Shown here: in pieces, positions 46,601 through 59,989 of the stretch
How positions within the stretch are numbered: position 1 is the stretch's first letter
Layout of the letters: every line of letters begins with the position of its first letter
Assembly (NCBI GenBank): GCA_013239625.1
Contig: MU053881.1
Location: 1,612,001 to 1,676,000, forward strand
Length of the DNA stretch: 64,000 bases
Direction: 5' to 3'
Origin: Lama guanicoe
Lineage: Eukaryota
Translations under genes and position numbers: made by a program
Notes under the pieces: generated by a model
The model's database searches: none
Told to the model about the DNA's origin: nothing
The model's input: only the letters and a program-made list of their open reading frames with translations

Positions 46601-49600
46601 CAAACAATCAAACCTGCTTTCCTTAAAGAAGAAGAAGAAGAAAAAGAAGGAGAGAAAACCAGGTCTAAGTGAAACAAAGAAGTCGATTTCTCCATCCGCC
46701 CTCTCTCCTGTTCCTCAGCCATACTCCGTGTCATAGTGATCATGAGAAATTAGGAAGAAAAACATCACGCTCTGACGAAATGTCCGGCTGCGTTAGCCTG
46801 GCCAGTCCTGTCCTTGCCAGGGAGCAGCTGAGTGAAGCAGGGCATGGCCAGGGGACCACAGCCATGACCCAGCCCTTCCCCTGGCAGCCACTCAGCCCTT
46901 CTGGTTCTGTGTCCACGTTTGCAGAGTGCCAGGCTTGGCCTGGATGAGAACGGTGGGGATCAGATCTGTGCAGCCCTTCACTGTTTCACAGGACATCCTA
47001 TCCCTGGACATGATGATTTGTGTCCATTTTGTGGATTGAAAAACTGAAGCTGAGCGTGGCCATGCCCCTTTTACAGATCTCACCAGGGCAAACACGCGGG
47101 GCCGGGCTTCCCCCTAAAGACTCCCTAGACCCCACACAATGAGACCCTCCCACATAGAGATCCTTGTGGCACCATGGGTAGGGCTGCCAGGCACCCAGCA
47201 GGGCCTCGGGCCCCACGGGGGAAGGAGTGGCTAAGTCTGCCTGGGACCAGGGGAGGCTTCATAGAAGAAGGGCAATGGGGGTGTGTCTTGAGGGATGAGT
47301 AGGAGTTTGGCAGGAGGACAAGGTGGGAAGGCATATTCCGCCAACACAGGCACAATAAAAGCGACAGAGGGAGAGATGTGGTCCCATGTGCCCTGGGGAC
47401 AGTGGCTGAGGGAGGGCAGGGAAAGGTGGGAAGATGACGCTGGGTGGGGCCCCCACCCATGGGTGGGGGCCCCACCCACCCACTCCCTGGCTGCAGGGCA
47501 GAGACTGGAGGAAGGGGGTCCAGGTGGGAGGCGGCTACAATCATTTCAGGCGGCTGAACCAAGAACGCCCCAGAAAGAATGGAGTGAAAGGGGGCAGACT
47601 GGAGAAATGAGGGCCGGCGGGAGCTGCTGACTGGCTCTGACAGGTGAGGGGCCAGGACCGGAACTCCTCACGCTTGGCAGCACCCAGGTCCCCAGGCGCC
47701 ATCTGGTTGAGACCCCCCGGGTGTGGGTGAGGGGAGACAAGAGCTGCTCACAGACTCAGTCGTGGGGGCATCGACAGCCTGGGCCCGGGGGACAGCATAA
47801 GCTCTGAGCTGAAATGTGGGCTAGGAGACGGGGCCTCTGCCTGGGACCAATTTTGAAATGAATAACGCAGTTAGACTGTTTGGAATTAATCAAGTGAACA
47901 AAAAAGACCACAGGGCACCATGCATTCATATGCTTTTTTGCACTCTTGGAGTTCAAAAACAGCTTTGATTGTAAAAATGTAATTAGTTAAATGATTCATC
48001 TGTAATATCCCCAATTCATCTGTTTTTAGATTTCAAAATCCTACATCTCATTTTCATCCCATTCTCATCGGACCCCTGCAGAGCTGCTCCGCGGTCTCCC
48101 AGATCCCGGGTGGAACGGGGATGGGATCAAAGCGGATTTCCCGAGCTCCCGCTAATGGCCCCCAGATTGGAACCTCGGGGGACCACAGCCAGGCCTGAGG
48201 GAGACGGCCACCGAGCTGGCCTTTCCTCTCTCCCTCCCCAGGGTCTCTCAGAAGCCCATCACAGGTGCTCCTTGGCCCGGCCTTGGGCCCATGTTCCTCG
48301 AGGGTCATATGTGGGGCAGCCGAAGGGCAGGAGGGCCGAGCTGCTGCTTCTCTGCCCAGTTCCCAGATGCCTGCTTACCCTCGGTAGCTGTTTGCATGCT
48401 CCAGGCAGTGGCCGGGGAGACCCGGCCCCAGATGCAAGCCTCTCCGGAGGCTCCCTCTCCCCGTGTGCAGCCCGGGAGGGCCCTCAGCAGGGACAGCCCG
48501 CGGGGAGCCAGCAGGGTTTGTCCTGCCCTTTCCGGGTGCGCCTGTGGCTACGTCTTTGCAGAGTGGCGCCCTCCACGTGGGTAGCTGGCTCTTTCCACTT
48601 CCCCAGGCAGCCAAGCACCCTGTCCGGGCAAGGAAGAGTGTGTTCTCAGCCCTGCACCAGCCCACTGGGGCAGACTCGGGGCCTCCGAGTAAACAGACTT
48701 GAGAGAAAGCCATTATTTGGGGTACGAAACAGGACCACCCGGAGCCTCCTGAAATCGGGGGCTGGCCCCCTGTCCTGCCCGCATGGTGGGCAGTGAGTGC
48801 ACTTCGGGGCTCCGTAGACAAAAGCCCTGGCGCGCAGTGTGCAGGCTGGGCTCAGTGGGTGGCAGGTCCTGTGACAGCCAGCCACCCCAGCAGGAAGAGC
48901 CTTGGGCTGAAGGCCCCTCTCTGGCCAGTGTCCAGTGCCCGGCGCCCAGGCTGTGGCCCAGGACAGGGGTCCACTGGCGCCCTCAGCAGGTCAAGGGCGC
49001 CCCCTAGTGCTCCCAGGCCAGGCACCGGGGCCAGCAGGAAACGGACATTGATTCACAGAAGAGTTCACTTGACAGTTGGTTCATTCAACAAGTATTTATT
49101 GTGTTCTCGCTGTGCATGTGGCACTCGTTTGGCATTTGGGATACAGATAGTGGGAAATACTCCCAGGAGAGAGAATCACAGTTCAGCACCAGGAAAACAC
49201 AGGTTGCTGCAGAGCGTCTGTTACCCGGGCCCAGCCTGCGGGGGGGTCGGGGCGCCACCCAAAGGAAGGGAGGTGTGAGCCAAGGTTGGAAAAGGCCAAG
49301 TGGGGAGCGGCCGGGGGAATGTCCAGAGAGAGGGTGCACCCAAGACAGGCCGGGCTGGTGAGGGAATAGGAGGGGGGCCCTGAGCGCCCAGCTTCATTGA
49401 GCGAGGTGGCTGCCTCTCCAAGGGCCACAAGGAGGAGGGAGCGTGCAGTGGTCTCCTACCTGGGAAGGGCCAGGCTTGAACTAAAGCTTGGCAAACCCAT
49501 CAGGCTGCCCAGGAAGCAGTGAGTTCCCTGTCACTGGAGGTGTGCAAGCCAGGGCTTTCAGGAGGGGCGTCTAGGAAGAGACTGGCCCCAGCGGGTCATC

Positions 49601-51934
49601 TTCCCTACAAGGGCAGGTCCTTCCACCACCGAGGCCTCTCTTTTGGCCTCCTCAGGCCCAAGTTCAATGGGACAGGATGGCACAAGCCTGGCTTGAGGGG
49701 CCGGGGGAGGCACATCAAAGATTCACAGACATCCCTCAGAGCCAGGTCTCTGGGGAACACTGGAGCCTCAGGAACCGTCAGTGCGGGGAGGGAGGCATCA
49801 GGAAGACAGAGCAGCGGGTCAGTAACAGGATTTTCTCAGTGCGGGACGAGGGGGAGTTGAGGAAGGCTTCTCAGAGGTGACATGTGAGTCTGGAAGGAGG
49901 CCCGTGGAGACAGAGGAGGGGTCCTTGTCTATCAGGCCAAGGGGCACTGCAGCTCTGCCCTGAGGGTGGGGTGAGGCTGTGACAGGTGCTGCTGAAGCCA
50001 GAGGGGGATGGGGAGATGGGAATGGTGCGGGGTTTAGGCACAAGATTCAAGCTGGGGTCCCAGGCCAAGCTGGCCATGCCTGGCCTCTCCAAGCTTCCAT
50101 TTCATCATCTGTGAAGCGGAGGTAATAACAGTCCTTGACTGACAGGGCCGTGCTCAGGGTCAGTGATGTCCAGATGAGAAGGTAAAGGTGTGTGTCTTTG
50201 AGCTCCTCACCATTTCCTGGATTCTTACCCCTAAACTGGCGCAGCGCATTACAGTCACACTCATTCAATCCCCAGGTGCCAAGCTCCACACTGGAGCCAT
50301 TCCATCCACACCACGCTCACTTTCCAGAGGAGGAAGCAGGCTCCAGAGAAGTTAAGCAGCTCGCTCCAAGGTTTTCAGGGTAGGGCCGTGGCAGTCAGGG
50401 CAACCCCTGCTCTCCTTGCTGTGTAGGAAGGATGGGTATGTGGAGACTGGAGGCAGGGAGGCCGGTGGAGGCTGGTCCAGGAGAGAGGCCAACTCCTAGG
50501 CAGGGGTGGGTGGGGGACTGGACTTGGACATGGTTTGGAGAGATGGTTCAGAGCTAGAATTGCAGGCTCACAAGCTCCCTGATACCCCACAAGCCAGGTG
50601 AGGAAATAGGAGGCTGGCTGGGTGCAGGAGAGTGGAGGAAACAGTTGAGCTTGGGCTGAACTGGGGGGGGCATGTGCCCCATCTAAAGGTGGTGCCGCAG
50701 CTCCGCCCAGGCAGGTGGACCATTAGCACATCTTCCAACATGTCAAGAAAAACTGGAAACACAAATTCTATATAAAGTCTTTGGATTCTTAAGGATTCCA
50801 ACCAATCCATTACGAGCGGGTGACAATTGTGTCATCTAAGGAAACCAAAGAAGGCCCATACCAAAGCCCAGGGTTTCAGAGAGGCTAGAGATTCAAACGT
50901 GAGTGAGGCTGGGAGGAAGCAGGGAAGCGGCCCCACAGACTGAGGCTGAAGGCCAGAGGGCAGATCAGACGTGCAGCCCGGGGCATCAGGGGTCCCTGCA
51001 GAGCGCCTCCATGTCTGCTGCGAGCTCACTCAGTCACTCTGTCCCCCGGTGCCCCGGTAATGCCGTGCCTCAGTCCCACCTTCCAAGCTGTGCTGTCGCA
51101 GGCGGAACACCTCCCTTGAGACTGCCTCCATCACGTGGTTCCAGCCACACTGGGATGGTCACCCCTCTGGTCCATCCTGCTAGGTCTTCACCCCAGCGGA
51201 GGCCGCAACCAGGATGGGTGCCCCCGCCTGTCTGCTCTTTCTTTCGCCTTCCATCAGACCAGCCCCACCTGGCTGAGCCGGAGACGCTGGGCCAGAGGCA
51301 GCTCTCAGGCAGACAAGTCCGACTCATGGGTCCACCTTCCATCCTCCCACACCCAGTGGGAGTCAGGCCGGTTACTCCCCTTCACCCCACCCACCCAGGA
51401 ACAATTTCTCCTGATACCTGACAGGGTCATCATGTGACAGGCCAGTGTGTAACTGAAGCAGGTATTTGGGGATCGGTTCAAAGGCATGGCACCACCTCTT
51501 CTAGCCATGATGTATAAGGACACATGGGCGATTGCTTCCAGCACACGCAGGGGAGTCACCGAGCATGCCCTCCCCGCAAAATAGAAGCCAGCTGGCTTCA
51601 CAGAGTTGCAGAGCTCAGAGACCCAGATATTTTCTTGGCCGAGGGTTACAAACCTAGATGCCCCCTCCAGAGCTGGCAGGTGGCCTCAGTGGGGCAGCGG
51701 GGCCAGGTGTGAGGCCACAGGGCGGGGTGGAGCCTGTGGCCGGGGCCGGTGCTAAAGGAGCCGTGGCCCCGAGGTGTGAGATCTGCACTTTTTCACAGAA
51801 AGTCCGTACTCCAGATGTTTATGTGAAACATCACATTTTTTAAATGACGCAGACTCGTTCGGTTAGTTTTAGTTTTTCAGTTTTGTTTTGTTTTGTTTTT
51901 AAACTGCGTGGACAAAACCAAACCAAACCAAGCC

Positions 51935-52075
51935 TGGCTCCCGGCCAGCCCCGCCCCGGCCCGGCCCTTCGCTGTACAGAGGGGGCGGCGGGGGCGGGCC
52001 GCGGAGCGAGGGCAGGGCAGGGCAGGCTCCCCGCCTGCACAGAGCGCCCCCACAGCTGGCGGCGACCGCAGGGCC
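51935..52075. promoter_or_regulatory. Small intronic CpG/GC-box cluster
   Basis: CCCCGCCCC, GGGGGCGG, GGGGCGGG and many CpGs in about 140 bp. Confidence 0.45.
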
Positions 52076-55000
52076 CACTCTACAGGGAGCCCCAGATCCA
52101 GAGGAGGGGCTCCCCAGGAGGAGTCATGTGCCACCACCAAGGCCCCTGCTCAGCCAGGCTGGACATAAGAAGTGGGGGTCCTTTCTTCCCTTACCCTCGG
52201 GGGAAATTCGAGTCTGGGAAATTGCTCAGCCGGAGCAGTCTCGCTGTGGCCCACGTGTGTGCAAACGGCCTGGCCTGAGAAACCAGAGCCACATGCTGCT
52301 GACCTGCCCTGGGGGGCTGCCCACCCACCCCCTTGCCCACGGGGCAGCCTAATGAGAGAGCCTTCACGCAGGAATGTACACGACCCAGGCTGGGACCCCG
52401 GCCCCCCAGAGCCTTGTAATTTGATGAATTGTCAACATCTGGGCCATAATTACTGGGCCCTGGACTGATAATCCTCGTAAGCCCCCTCATCCAGGGGGCC
52501 CTGGCCTCGTGCATTTTGAGGCCTCCATTCCCCAACGGGGGCCATCTGCATTAATTACTTCCAGAAAGCAAGACAGTCACCCAGCTCCGGCTGGTCTGAG
52601 CGTTGACTCCTGTCATCAGACAGACACGGCCAGTGTATTGATTTCGTTCAGTTCAACGGATATTCTCGCCAATTGTGGGAGGCTTGGGCCACAGCTAACA
52701 GGAAGGGGCAGAGCCAGCCCTGTGCGGAGGGGACGGAGGGGACGGTCCCTTGGAGGCTTCTTCCCTGGTGGGCATTGGGAAGCTCCAGGGATGATGTCAC
52801 CATACTCCACGGGCCCCAACTTACTTCCCCGAGAAACCTCCCCTGCTTTGCCATTCTGGTTAATATTTCTCAAAAGATGACTCTCTGGAAATGCTGCTTA
52901 GGAAATACTCAACGGTGGGGAGGGAAGGAGGGAGCAAACCCACAAAGGTAAGAGATGTCGGCGGTGGTCCAGCAGGGAGTCCCACCGCCTGCTGCTCGGA
53001 AGTCCCTCGCAGCGCGGCCCGCCTCTGGCGTGTGCTGTGCACTGACCAGCAGGGTCGCACGTCTGGGGTTGGCCTGGGGGAGGAGACAGAGGGGACCGAG
53101 CAGGGACCCGTGTTGAACTCGTCATTTGATAGAATGGCCTGATCGCTGTTTTACAGGTGAGGCAGCCGAGTCTCTGGGCTGCTCGGGACCCTGAGTGAGG
53201 CCAAGGGCCGGGTCAGCACGGCAGGGGGCGGGCGGCGGGTGAGGGGGGCTCTCCATCCACCTGGCCTGCTCTTCACGCTGCGCAGGGCTTTGCTTGCTCC
53301 CACACATCCTGGAGCTCAGCCGACCTGCACTGGGAAGGAGTGATTCAAAGCAGAACTCAGGCTTGTAAACAGCTGTGGGGCTTCAAGGAGGGCAGAAGGC
53401 GTTGAAAACCTCTGGTGAATTCCATGGCTTTGATCAGGCAGGGGAGGGAGCCTGCAGGAGCCTGCAGGAGCCGAGCGCCTCCGGGCACAGTGCTGGGGCG
53501 TCTGACCCTCAGGATACCCGGTGTGTGGAAGCTGTGGCTCAGAGAGGGGACTGGAGCCCAGGCAAGGCCCAAGGCCTGCCTTCACTCCATGAAGCTGCCT
53601 CATGGGCTGCCCGGTGTCCTTCCTTCCACTCTTCTGGTGGGAGAAGCAGGGAGACAAGCAACTGGAGCAGCTGATGCTCGGGGAAGGGGAGGGCTGCCTT
53701 GATGGGACAAGACCCTCTGCCACCAAGGCCATGCCTCCACCCAGTCTGGGGCTCTGCTCTTCCAGATGGCCCGGCTCCCCAAAATGGCTCCATCCTGCTC
53801 CAAACCAGCTTGTTATCAGCTGGGACACTCAGCCTGGACACTGTCCTGCCTTGACCCAAGCCTGACTGCTCCCCTCAACCCAGGTTTGTCCTTGGCTCCC
53901 TCTGACCAGCCCTTGGCCCTTCCCCAGGGTGTTTCTCCTCCTCTCTGAGCGCCCAGAGCCGGGCTTGGGCCTCCCTCCACCCATGGAAATGCCTGCTTCA
54001 GAGATGGTCACTCAGCCAGCGTAGTTGTTTTGCTAAGACTCAGCCAGGCCCTGAGACGAGGGGCCCAGTGCGGCTGGGAGCCTTGCCCTCCTGGAGAGCC
54101 ACAGGCAAAATGATGGCTCAGGCAAGTCTTGCACAGGGTGTAAGCCAGCCCTTCTGAAACTTACTTGGCTGTGGAACTCCCTTCCCCAGGCAAGCCTGTT
54201 AACACACTGTAGGACGGTGTTCCATGGACAATGGTTTGGAAAGGCATTACATCGAGTAACTGCGGGCAGGGCCCTCCCTCTAAGGGTTCACAGCCCAGAG
54301 CCCAGCCTCCCCCAGGATAAGATGGGTCAAAACCGTGCCCCCAAGCTGGGCATGTCTGTGTGACTCCGATGCCAGGCTGTTTCTTTCCTCTGCCCCACCC
54401 CTCTGCGAGTCTCCTCCTCAGTGACTCCCAGTAACCACGAGAGCCTCTCCAAGGGTCAGCTGTTGCCCCAGACAGAGAACTCAGGGGCCTGGGCACAGCC
54501 TTCTTACCTCGGTGTCATCAGAGATGAGCCCAGAGCCACCTCCATAGCCCAAGGCCATGGCTGTGGGCTGGCTCCTTCCCCGAGGCCAGGTCAGCACCCT
54601 CTGCTCTCTAAATACTTACACCTTGGGGCTCTGTGTTTGCACAGCTCCAATCTTGGGTTCCTGGGGAATCGGAGATGACTCCCCTTCAGCCCCACAGTCG
54701 GCGTCTCCCAGATCGCTGCTCTGAATGCGCCCTCTGCCTTTATTCAGAAACTACAAGCTTTAGTCACTTCTTTAAAACTCCAAGTCCTGGGAGCCGAGAG
54801 CTCTGTGATCCCAAAGTCAGGCAGGGCCCTAGGTGCGAAGTGGGTTTCCTGCCGCTTCTGGGGCTTCTCACAGACCAGAAAGAGGCCTTGGGGACCGAGA
54901 CTGCACCGTCGATGACCCACCAGGGACAATGTCAGAGTTGGCAGAGGGGAGCACCCCGCCCAGGAGGCAGGGGGCCCACGGTCATGCTCAGGAGGGAGCA

Positions 55001-56850
55001 TCTGAGGTCTGGCCGTCAGAGCGCGTTTAGAGAGAGCTGGTGGCACTGAGGTTCTCCCTCTGGGCTCAAAGCCAAGGGAACATCCCGGGCTCCCTTCTAC
55101 CGCGGCATCTACTGCTCTGCGTGCTCACGTCAACTAGAAGTGGGCCTGGGGACTCAGTGACGGACCAGAGCAGCCCAGCCCTGGGAGGGACTGAATCGGG
55201 ACAGTGACCAGCCTGGGGCACGGGCCAGGGGGTCTGGACGTCATCCTTCAGGAGTGAGGCTCCTCAGAGGGGCTCAAGCCACAGAGCAGTGTGGTCAGAT
55301 TTGCATTCTAGAAAGTTCTCCAGGGCAGTGTCTGGGAGAGACTACAGGTGTTGGTCCCGGAAGGGTTGTGGAAATGATGCTCAGAATCTCACGTGCATGG
55401 TGGGACCTTTGCAGAACCCAGAGTGAGGAGGGCTGACTATGATGTGCGTTGCAGGGACGAGATTCTCCCACAACCCATGGGCAGATGGACCCGCAAATGT
55501 GTATTGTTCAGCCCATACAGGGCTTTAAAAATAAGAAAGGCAGGGATCTGCATGTGTTTCTGTGGTGTGGACTGCTATCTGAAAATGCTGGTGTCAGCAC
55601 TCCCCCGCCCACTTCTGGTGGAAGAACTGGGGGCGTGTGGGTGGCACTTACTTTGTCTCCTGGAGTTTGTATGTTTCACTGAGTGAACATAACAAGGCAA
55701 GGAGGCCCATCTCCCTGTTACAGATGACAAGGCCCAGGGTCACAGCTGGTACTTGGGTAAGCCAGGATTTGATCCCAGGTGTGTCTGAATCCAGAGGCTG
55801 CCTCCTCTGACCCCTCCACGTGCCTCCTAGAGGTCAACTATAGGACTGTTCTCCCAAAGGATGGAGACCCAGATGTGCAGCAGGCTGTCTGGATGGATGC
55901 TGCTGTTCCCTGGGGAGGGGTCTCCCAAAAGAGAGGCCATTTGAACTGGTTCTTCAAGAATGAGTAGGAGTTCTCCAGGTAGAGGCCGGACACTGTACAG
56001 TGGAAGTGAGATGGGAAAACACAGCTTGGGTCCAAGAAACAGTGTGATGGTTGACAGTGCACAGGGTCTCAAGAGGCACCAGATATACACGTGAGACCAC
56101 TGGAGTAGCTCTTTCTGAATCCCAAGGGCTGGCAGGAACCCAAGGGTATGGCAGAGTTTAGGGGAAAACAGGAGTGAAGCCCGGGCAGGAACAGCCCTGC
56201 TAGGGAGAACTGGTGATAAGGAGACTGAGGCTCAGAGAGGTTGACTGGATCTCTCAGGGTCACACAGCAAGTGTGTCTGTCTGAACCAGCGCTCTCTCTG
56301 TTAGAGGTTCAAAGTGAAAGAGGGTCCACAGAACCCTTCCCTGGGGAGGGTCTGCTCAGTGAGGGAGACAGATGTACAAGGACTCCTGGAAGGAAGGCAA
56401 AGCCTGTGAGCCTTCTCCCCAGGTTCCCTGGACGGCCATCTGCCACTCCTGCTACCCTGTGCTGCAGGAGAGGAGCAGTGCATGGAGAGGGGGGCCTGGT
56501 TCAGCCTGGGACAATCCCGCTGACTCAGCTGCCTCTGTAGGAAGGGTCATGGCCCCTGCCTCCCAGGGCTGTGGTGAGGGCAGATGCCATAGTGGATATG
56601 GAGGACTGAGTCCAGACGTTTTATTTTGCTCCCCTAAACTGCATTTATTGGGCAAGGTTACTCCCACGTCTGCAACTGTGTCCTGGCCTTTGTCAGGGGC
56701 GCCTTGAGCTCATCACGTGGTCCAGGTCCTGAGACCAGCTCCCATCCCCAGCTGCTGCCAGCGACTTGGCCATGAGGCCACTGTGCCCTCCCTCCTGGCG
56801 TATGAAGAAAAGAAAGCTTTATTTGGTTCTAAGCTGCACCTTTGTCTCTC

Positions 56851-57085
56851 TTTTTTTTTTTTCTCTTGTGATGAGGACTTTTAAGATCTACTCTCTTAGC
56901 AACTTTCAAATATGCAATACAGTACTGTTGCCTTTAGTCACCAGGCTGCACATACATCCCCAGGACTCGTTCATCTTATAACTAGAAGGTTGTACCTGTT
57001 GACCCTTTCATCCATTTCACCCACAGTCACCCCACCACCTCTGGCAACCTCTAATCTGTTCTCTATATCTATGAGAGCTTGGTGG

Positions 57086-57124
<39 letters not shown>

Positions 57125-57595
57125 TTGTTTTGTTTTAGATTCCACATGTAAGTGAGACCATACGGTATTTGTCTTTCTCTGTCTGACTTTTTTACCTAGC
57201 ATAATGCACCTCAAGGTCCATGCATGTTGTTGCAACTGGCAAGATTTCATTCTTTTTTATGGCTGAATAATATTCCTTTGTGTGTATATGTGTGTCTATG
57301 TGTATATATCTTCTTTATCTATTGGTGGGCACTTAGCTTGTTTCTATGTCTTGGTTATTATAAACAATGCTGGAATGAACGCAGGTTTACAGGTATCTTT
57401 TTGAATTATTGTTTTCATTTTCTTTAGATAAACACCCAGAAATGGGATTGCTGGATCATATGGTAGTTCTATTTTTAATTATCTGAGGAACTTCTGTACT
57501 ATTTTCCATAGTGGCTGCACAATTTACATTCCCATCAACAGCACACAAAGGATCCCTTTTCTCCACATTCCTCGCCAACACTTGTTATTTCTTGG
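56851..57595 (-). mobile_element. L1MA-like 3' fragment, antisense, with an internal ~34-nt poly-T
   Basis: TTAAGATCTACTCTCTTAGCAACTTTCAAATATGCAATACAG...GGATTGCTGGATCATATGGTAGTTCTATTTTT. Confidence 0.9.
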
Positions 57596-57679
57596 AAAGG
57601 AAAGAGTTTTATACAGTTCTAAGCTGCATCGTTGTCTCTTTTCCATTTCCATCTGCATTATGGCTTTTCTTTCCTTAAC

Positions 57680-57770
57680 TTTTTTTTTTTAATGGAGATA
57701 CTGGGGATTGAAGCCAGGACCCAGAGCATGCTAAGCACGCGCTCTACCACTGAGCTATACCCTTCCCCCC
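57680..57770 (-). mobile_element. tRNA-derived SINE, antisense
   Basis: GCATGCTAAGCACGCGCTCTACCACTGAGCTATACCC. Confidence 0.9.
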
Positions 57771-58114
57771 ATCACGGCTTTTTAAATCCATGCAGATTAG
57801 AGAGGGGCAGAGTTTGCACTGTGTTTGGGCTCAGGTCAGCAGGAAATGCAGACACATGCAGGGCCTGGTCACAGAGTCTGTGGTGGCAGCCATGCTGGAC
57901 GAGGTGACGGGGGAGTGTCGTGGGCAGGCAAGATCCAGTGGGCAATGGCATGGAGTAGGGAAGGTTTGAACTCTGAGGCATGTGAGGGGGGACTAGAGGG
58001 GAGAGAGTGGCCAAGGGCCAGGTGAGACTGCTGCAGGGGCCTGAGTGCAGAGAGGACACAGAACTGAATGAAGTGCCTGCCGTCTGCCATCCGGGCTCCA
58101 GCCTCCTCCTCTTC

Positions 58115-58220
58115 TGGCTGCATGTGGGGCAAGGTCTTCCCTCACTGGGCCTCAGTTTCCTCCTCTATAAGACGGGGATGATAACACCTGCCTTACGCAG
58201 GGCTTCTGTTGTGATTCAGT
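58115..58220 (+). mobile_element. MIR SINE
   Basis: GGGCCTCAGTTTCCTCCTCTATAAGACGGGGATGATAACACCTGCC. Confidence 0.75.
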
Positions 58221-59989
58221 AGGGGGGGCCACCAACAGCCCCCAGGATGGGACTGGGTTCTGTGTGTTGTGGCAACTGAGAGGGCTGGGCCCAGGTGAGG
58301 GGTCCAAGGTAGAGACACCCAGAGGGGCGCGGCCCTGAGGAGGCTTCGCAGGACCTGAGCATGAGCGGTGGGGCTCGGGCAGCTCCTGGTGAGTGGCAGA
58401 TGACAGGGACAGAACCACACCTGTGACCACAACTCCCCAGGGCCTGGACCCCCAAGACCTTGGAATGGCCCTGCGCCCACCTCTCCTGGGACCCCAGCTG
58501 CCCCCCAGGCCATCACCCTGACCTCCAGACCCTCGGCCAACTGTGAAGTGGGTGGCCAGAAGCACTTAAGGGACCAATTTTCAGAATTTCCGTGGTTTCC
58601 TGCCTGGAGTGAGGCCCTTTGTGAGGGCACCAAGGAGCGGCCACCCTCATGGCATCTGGGGAATCGGCAGATGGCTGTCTGCCAGACAGCCTGGAGATCC
58701 AGCCAGGAAAATTGGCCATTTGCTGCTGGACCCAGAGGGCAGGCTCGCCAGTTCCTAGGTTGTGTCCAGGACTGTGGAAGAAGAGACCACCTCAGCCAGG
58801 GGCCAAGAAAAGCTTCTTGGAGCCGGAGTGTGTCTCCGAGAATGAGTCACTCTCACTGGTTGGAGGAGGCAGGGAATGGCATTCCAAGTAGAGGGAATAG
58901 CCCATGCAAAGGCATGAAAATGGGAAAGAAGTCTCAGAGCTTGAGGAGACCAGACACATGGGTCATCTAACTACCGCTGGCCCCTGGCCACAGAGGACCC
59001 TGACGCTGGGCCAGGGGTGCAGCCATAGCAGTGGAACCGCAGGGACAAACTGTGCACGGTTGTGAGACCAGGGTTGGGGGTTGATGCTGAGGCCGAGCTG
59101 CCCCTCTGCCGGCAGGCCCCCTGCACACTCCCTCCTCCCTGCCTTTGCTGGGCTGTTCTCTCTGCCCACCGTGCCCTCCCCCTGACACATCCGCAGATGT
59201 TACTTCCTCAGGGTAGTGCTCCCTCATCTTTTCCAGCCCCTCCCAAAGCTGGACAGGCCCTCGTCCTGCAGATCCCCTTGTCTGTCCCCTCTCTTCACTT
59301 TCCATGTCGTATGATATGTATGTGCACATGGTTCATCTTCCTGGCTGCCTTCCCTTGGTCTGACCCAGCACTCATTTCCTGGCACACGCTCTGCGCCAGG
59401 TCTCCTTCGGGCCCTGGAGGCACAGGAATCAGACCCTTCCCTAGGTTTACTGGAAGATTCGTGTAGACCACACGTGAACAATACACTGTGTCACACGTGA
59501 CAGTTAGAAAATGTGCTGGGCGCAGGGACAGACAGCCTGCCTCTGGGAAATGGAGGAGCCTGGAAGGCTTCGTGGAAGAGGAGGTAATGGAGCTGAAGAT
59601 GGTGTCCAAATGCAAGGAGGGTGTGCCAGGCAGGCAGGCAGTGTGTGCAAAAGCTCAGGAAAGTACAGCTGCCGAGAACATTTGCTGAGGTCAAGAGTGA
59701 AGTGCATGTGGGGATGAGGGGGCAGTGGTGGGCAGAGACCAGATGGGCCCAGTCCATGGCCCCCCTGTTGGATTCTTCCAGACCCCAGAAGGAGGTGGAG
59801 CTCAGCAAGGCTTTGTTAGATGGGTGGACGGGTGGAGGCGCCCAGTAGGGGCTGCTGTGCGGTGGTAACTGGCCGTCAATAGACACCACAGAGGCCCCAG
59901 CTCTCTGGACCCACGCTTGTGTTACTTGGCTTCTGTCAGCCTTGGCTTTTGCCTGCAAAGGCCACAGCGATGCTGGAAGCCAAGGGAGC

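Noticed and set aside
48110..48796. 228-aa ORF in a GC/CpG-rich stretch
   Set aside because: Low-information Arg/Gly/Pro/Ser composition with open frames on both strands; no exon-like boundaries
53135..53165. TTTTACAG|GTGAGG recursive-splice-like motif
   Set aside because: Short pyrimidine tract and one substitution away from the MIR core TTTTACAGATGAGG
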